Positions 61,610 through 64,000 of a stretch of 64,000 bases of DNA are shown in pieces; position 1 is the stretch's first letter; every line of letters begins with the position of its first letter. The notes beneath the pieces were generated by a model. The model saw nothing but the letters and a program-made list of their open reading frames with translations. It was not told the DNA's origin and did no database searches. The translations under genes and the position numbers were made by a program. This DNA is from Methanobacteriota archaeon (GTDB lineage: Archaea > Halobacteriota > Bog-38 > Methanoflorentales > Methanoflorentaceae), in contig OY970393.1 of assembly GCA_963720465.1 (NCBI GenBank), positions 800,001 through 864,000 on the forward strand. The letters run 5' to 3'.

Positions 61610-62667
61610 CCGAACAAGGCGATTTAGACCGAATCAACGCTGTGTTCCAAGTGTACCAGGTACGAACCAGTGGGTCTATCATCAAGTATTACGGCGAACC
61701 TAAGGTTGACAGCAAAACGCTTTTCACGCATCTTTGGAGCGACTTCGCCCAGAGAGGTTACAATATCGAACTGCGGCGCGAACACGGCGAGTATGTGCTC
61801 CTGGCTATGCCTGTGAGCAACGCCGACGAAAAAAAGCACGTCAACGTCATTCTTGCAATCGCCACCGTTTTTGCCACAATGCTCACCGGCGCTGTCCTGT
61901 TTTACGGCGTCAACCCTTTTACGCAGCCCTTGCTCATCTACAAGGGCTTGCCCTTCGCGGCTGCGGTCATGTTTGTGCTAGGCTCGCACGAGCTGGCTCA
62001 CTATTTGGTCGCAAAGCGGCGTGGAATGAGGGCAAGCTTGCCATTCTTCATACCGCTACCGTTTATTTCGCCGGTCGGAACTCTCGGCGCACTCATACAG
62101 CTCAAGGGGGCTATTCCGGATCGAAAGTCACTTTTTGACGTGGGAGTAGCCGGTCCACTCGTAGGCCTTACAGCAGCTGTCGTCGTCACAATAGTCGGAT
62201 TGCTGCTCCCCCCCATCACCCCCGGTACCGCGCTAATGCCTACAGTGGCGCTGGGCGTCCCGATTCTCTTTGCGTTGATCGAAAAAGTTGTTCCAGTCGC
62301 ATCAACAAGCTTGCATCCAATCGCGTTTGCGGGATGGGTGGGCATGCTAATAACCAGTTTAAACCTCCTCCCAGTAGGACAGCTCGACGGCGGGCACATC
62401 GCCAGGGCCCTGTCCGGAGAGAAGACGACGTACATCTCGGCGGCGGTTCCGCTCATGCTCATGACCGGTGGCATTTACTACTCTTTGAACGGTTTGAACG
62501 GAGAAATGCTCCTATTTTGGGGGCTCTTCACGTTGTTGTTCGCAGCCGGGGGGCATCCGCAGCCGATCAACGATATGAAGAAGCTCGATACTAAGCGCGT
62601 GGTCTTAGGAATCATAGCTTTCGGCCTATGCATAGCTTGTTTCACCCCAATCCCGTTTCAAGCGTGA
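61606..62667 (+). CDS. Site-2 protease (M50 family)
   Basis: HELAH, AGPLVG, NLLPVGQLDGGH. Confidence 0.95.
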   Translation: MTEQGDLDRINAVFQVYQVRTSGSIIKYYGEPKVDSKTLFTHLWSDFAQRGYNIELRREHGEYVLLAMPVSNADEKKHVNVILAIATVFATMLTGAVLFYGVNPFTQPLLIYKGLPFAAAVMFVLGSHELAHYLVAKRRGMRASLPFFIPLPFISPVGTLGALIQLKGAIPDRKSLFDVGVAGPLVGLTAAVVVTIVGLLLPPITPGTALMPTVALGVPILFALIEKVVPVASTSLHPIAFAGWVGMLITSLNLLPVGQLDGGHIARALSGEKTTYISAAVPLMLMTGGIYYSLNGLNGEMLLFWGLFTLLFAAGGHPQPINDMKKLDTKRVVLGIIAFGLCIACFTPIPFQA

Positions 62668-63806
62668 CTATACGCTTTGACAAGAAGAATATGTTTAGCT
62701 TGGCAGCCATCCAAGCAATACTCCTCTCGCGGGGCATTGAGGTCAAGTTTTCATTAAGACCGGTCGATGGCATAATGATTTACAGCCTAGCAACGCCGCA
62801 GGCGACCGACGCCTATCGAGAGGTAGCAAACTCACGCACTCGGTCGATATTCATCGCCGGCGGCCCTCATCCTTCAGCAAGAGCGACCGAAGCACTGGAG
62901 CACTTTGACTTCGTCGTGATCGGTGAGGGCGAAGAAACGCTCCCTGAGCTAATCCTTGCGCTTAGAGGCGATGGCGATGTGGACGAGGTGCGAGGCATTG
63001 CGTTCAGAAGCCCCGATGGAATCCGCAAAACCGACCCAAGGCCTCACGTAGATCTCGACGCTTATCCGCCCTTCATCGAGAACTTGCGGGCCCCCATCGA
63101 GATCAGCCGTGGCTGTCCACACAACTGTAAGTACTGTCAAACACCGCGCTTATTCGGCACGAAAATGCGGCATCGCAGCGCGGCGACTATCGATTTCTAC
63201 AGCAATTATCTTTCAGATGTCAGATTTATCTCGCCTAACGCGTTTGCGTACGGATCAAACGGGCGTCACGCCGCACTCGGCCGCGTCACCGAGCTCCTCA
63301 CGTCGCTGCGTGGTCGGGTGTATTTCGGCACCTTCCCTTCCGAAGTGCGGCCAGAATTTGTTACAGATGAGCTTCTTGAGATCCTCAAGGAGCACTGCGC
63401 AAATAGTTCAATCCACATCGGAGCGCAGTCGGGAAGCGACGCTGTACCAAGAGAAGTACACCGAGGACACTCCCGTCACGACGTTGAAGTAGCGCTTGAA
63501 ACATGCCGCGCTCACAGCGTCACTCCAGTTGTGGATTTTATCTTCGGACTTCCGACCGAGGTCGCGGCAGATCAGCTGCAGAGCCTCGAGCTTGTTGACT
63601 CAATCGTCGCGATGGACGGACGAGCACGTGCTCACTACTTCACCCCTCTACCAGGGACGCCGTACGAAGATGCGGAACCCTCACCAGTGTCAAATAAGGT
63701 AGGAAAAAGACTTGGCAAGCTCGCGCGCGACGGCAAGGTTTCTGGACGATGGGAGCCTCCGCGTTCGCGACACAAAAAGGCAAACAATTTAAAACAGAGG
63801 CCGTAA
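62664..63806 (+). CDS. B12-binding/radical SAM protein (TIGR04013-like)
   Basis: AGGPHPS, GEGEE, EISRGCPHNCKYCQTP, GTFPSEVRPE. Confidence 0.9.
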   Translation: MTIRFDKKNMFSLAAIQAILLSRGIEVKFSLRPVDGIMIYSLATPQATDAYREVANSRTRSIFIAGGPHPSARATEALEHFDFVVIGEGEETLPELILALRGDGDVDEVRGIAFRSPDGIRKTDPRPHVDLDAYPPFIENLRAPIEISRGCPHNCKYCQTPRLFGTKMRHRSAATIDFYSNYLSDVRFISPNAFAYGSNGRHAALGRVTELLTSLRGRVYFGTFPSEVRPEFVTDELLEILKEHCANSSIHIGAQSGSDAVPREVHRGHSRHDVEVALETCRAHSVTPVVDFIFGLPTEVAADQLQSLELVDSIVAMDGRARAHYFTPLPGTPYEDAEPSPVSNKVGKRLGKLARDGKVSGRWEPPRSRHKKANNLKQRP

Positions 63807-63834
63807 TACGTACTGGCAAGGTCTGTGACAGCTT

Positions 63835-64000
63835 ATGAAGTTTTTAGCCCTTTCGGATGCACATGGGGTCTATTCTCATATCGCCCAATTGTTATTTAAG
63901 GCGGGAGACGTCGACGCCGTTTGCGTAATAGGAGATATTACAGATTTCGGACCCAACACCCTCGTCCAAGAGCTGCTTTCGCTCATCGGGGAAGACGTGC
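63835..64000 (+). CDS. Metallophosphoesterase (partial, runs off window end)
   Basis: MKFLALSDAHG...VCVIGDITDFG. Confidence 0.8.
   Translation, partial: MKFLALSDAHGVYSHIAQLLFKAGDVDAVCVIGDITDFGPNTLVQELLSLIGEDV

Overview
Archaeal chromosome segment, most likely a methanogen-lineage euryarchaeon (Halobacteriota/Methanomicrobia-like). Evidence: ftr-mtd, mtxX, TBP, TFE, Hef, archaeal GlyRS, NadM, the AcnX phosphomevalonate-dehydratase pair and an F390-synthetase remnant. About 1-35 kb is a plasticity region full of gene remnants, grafts and small lipoprotein/TPR genes. About 35-64 kb is mostly housekeeping. The most unusual signal is two orphan CRISPR loci 3.6 kb apart (about 19.95-20.49 kb and 23.56-24.11 kb), with no cas genes in the window. 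They share a conserved leader and a 37-bp methanogen-type repeat ending in ATTGAAAC. In both, the first 'spacer' is a gene-sized insert (429 and 361 bp) carrying a small ORF instead of a ~36-bp spacer. Also seen: an 18-bp core repeated three times at rearrangement junctions, a tRNA-Val 3'-half att-like remnant beside a high-GC graft, N- and C-terminal fragments of what may be one gene family 15 kb apart, two candidate structured ncRNAs, and a truncated cbiM fused to a Zn/Mn ABC operon. Many single-base frameshifts may be assembly errors. All family assignments come from motif recognition only; no searches were run.
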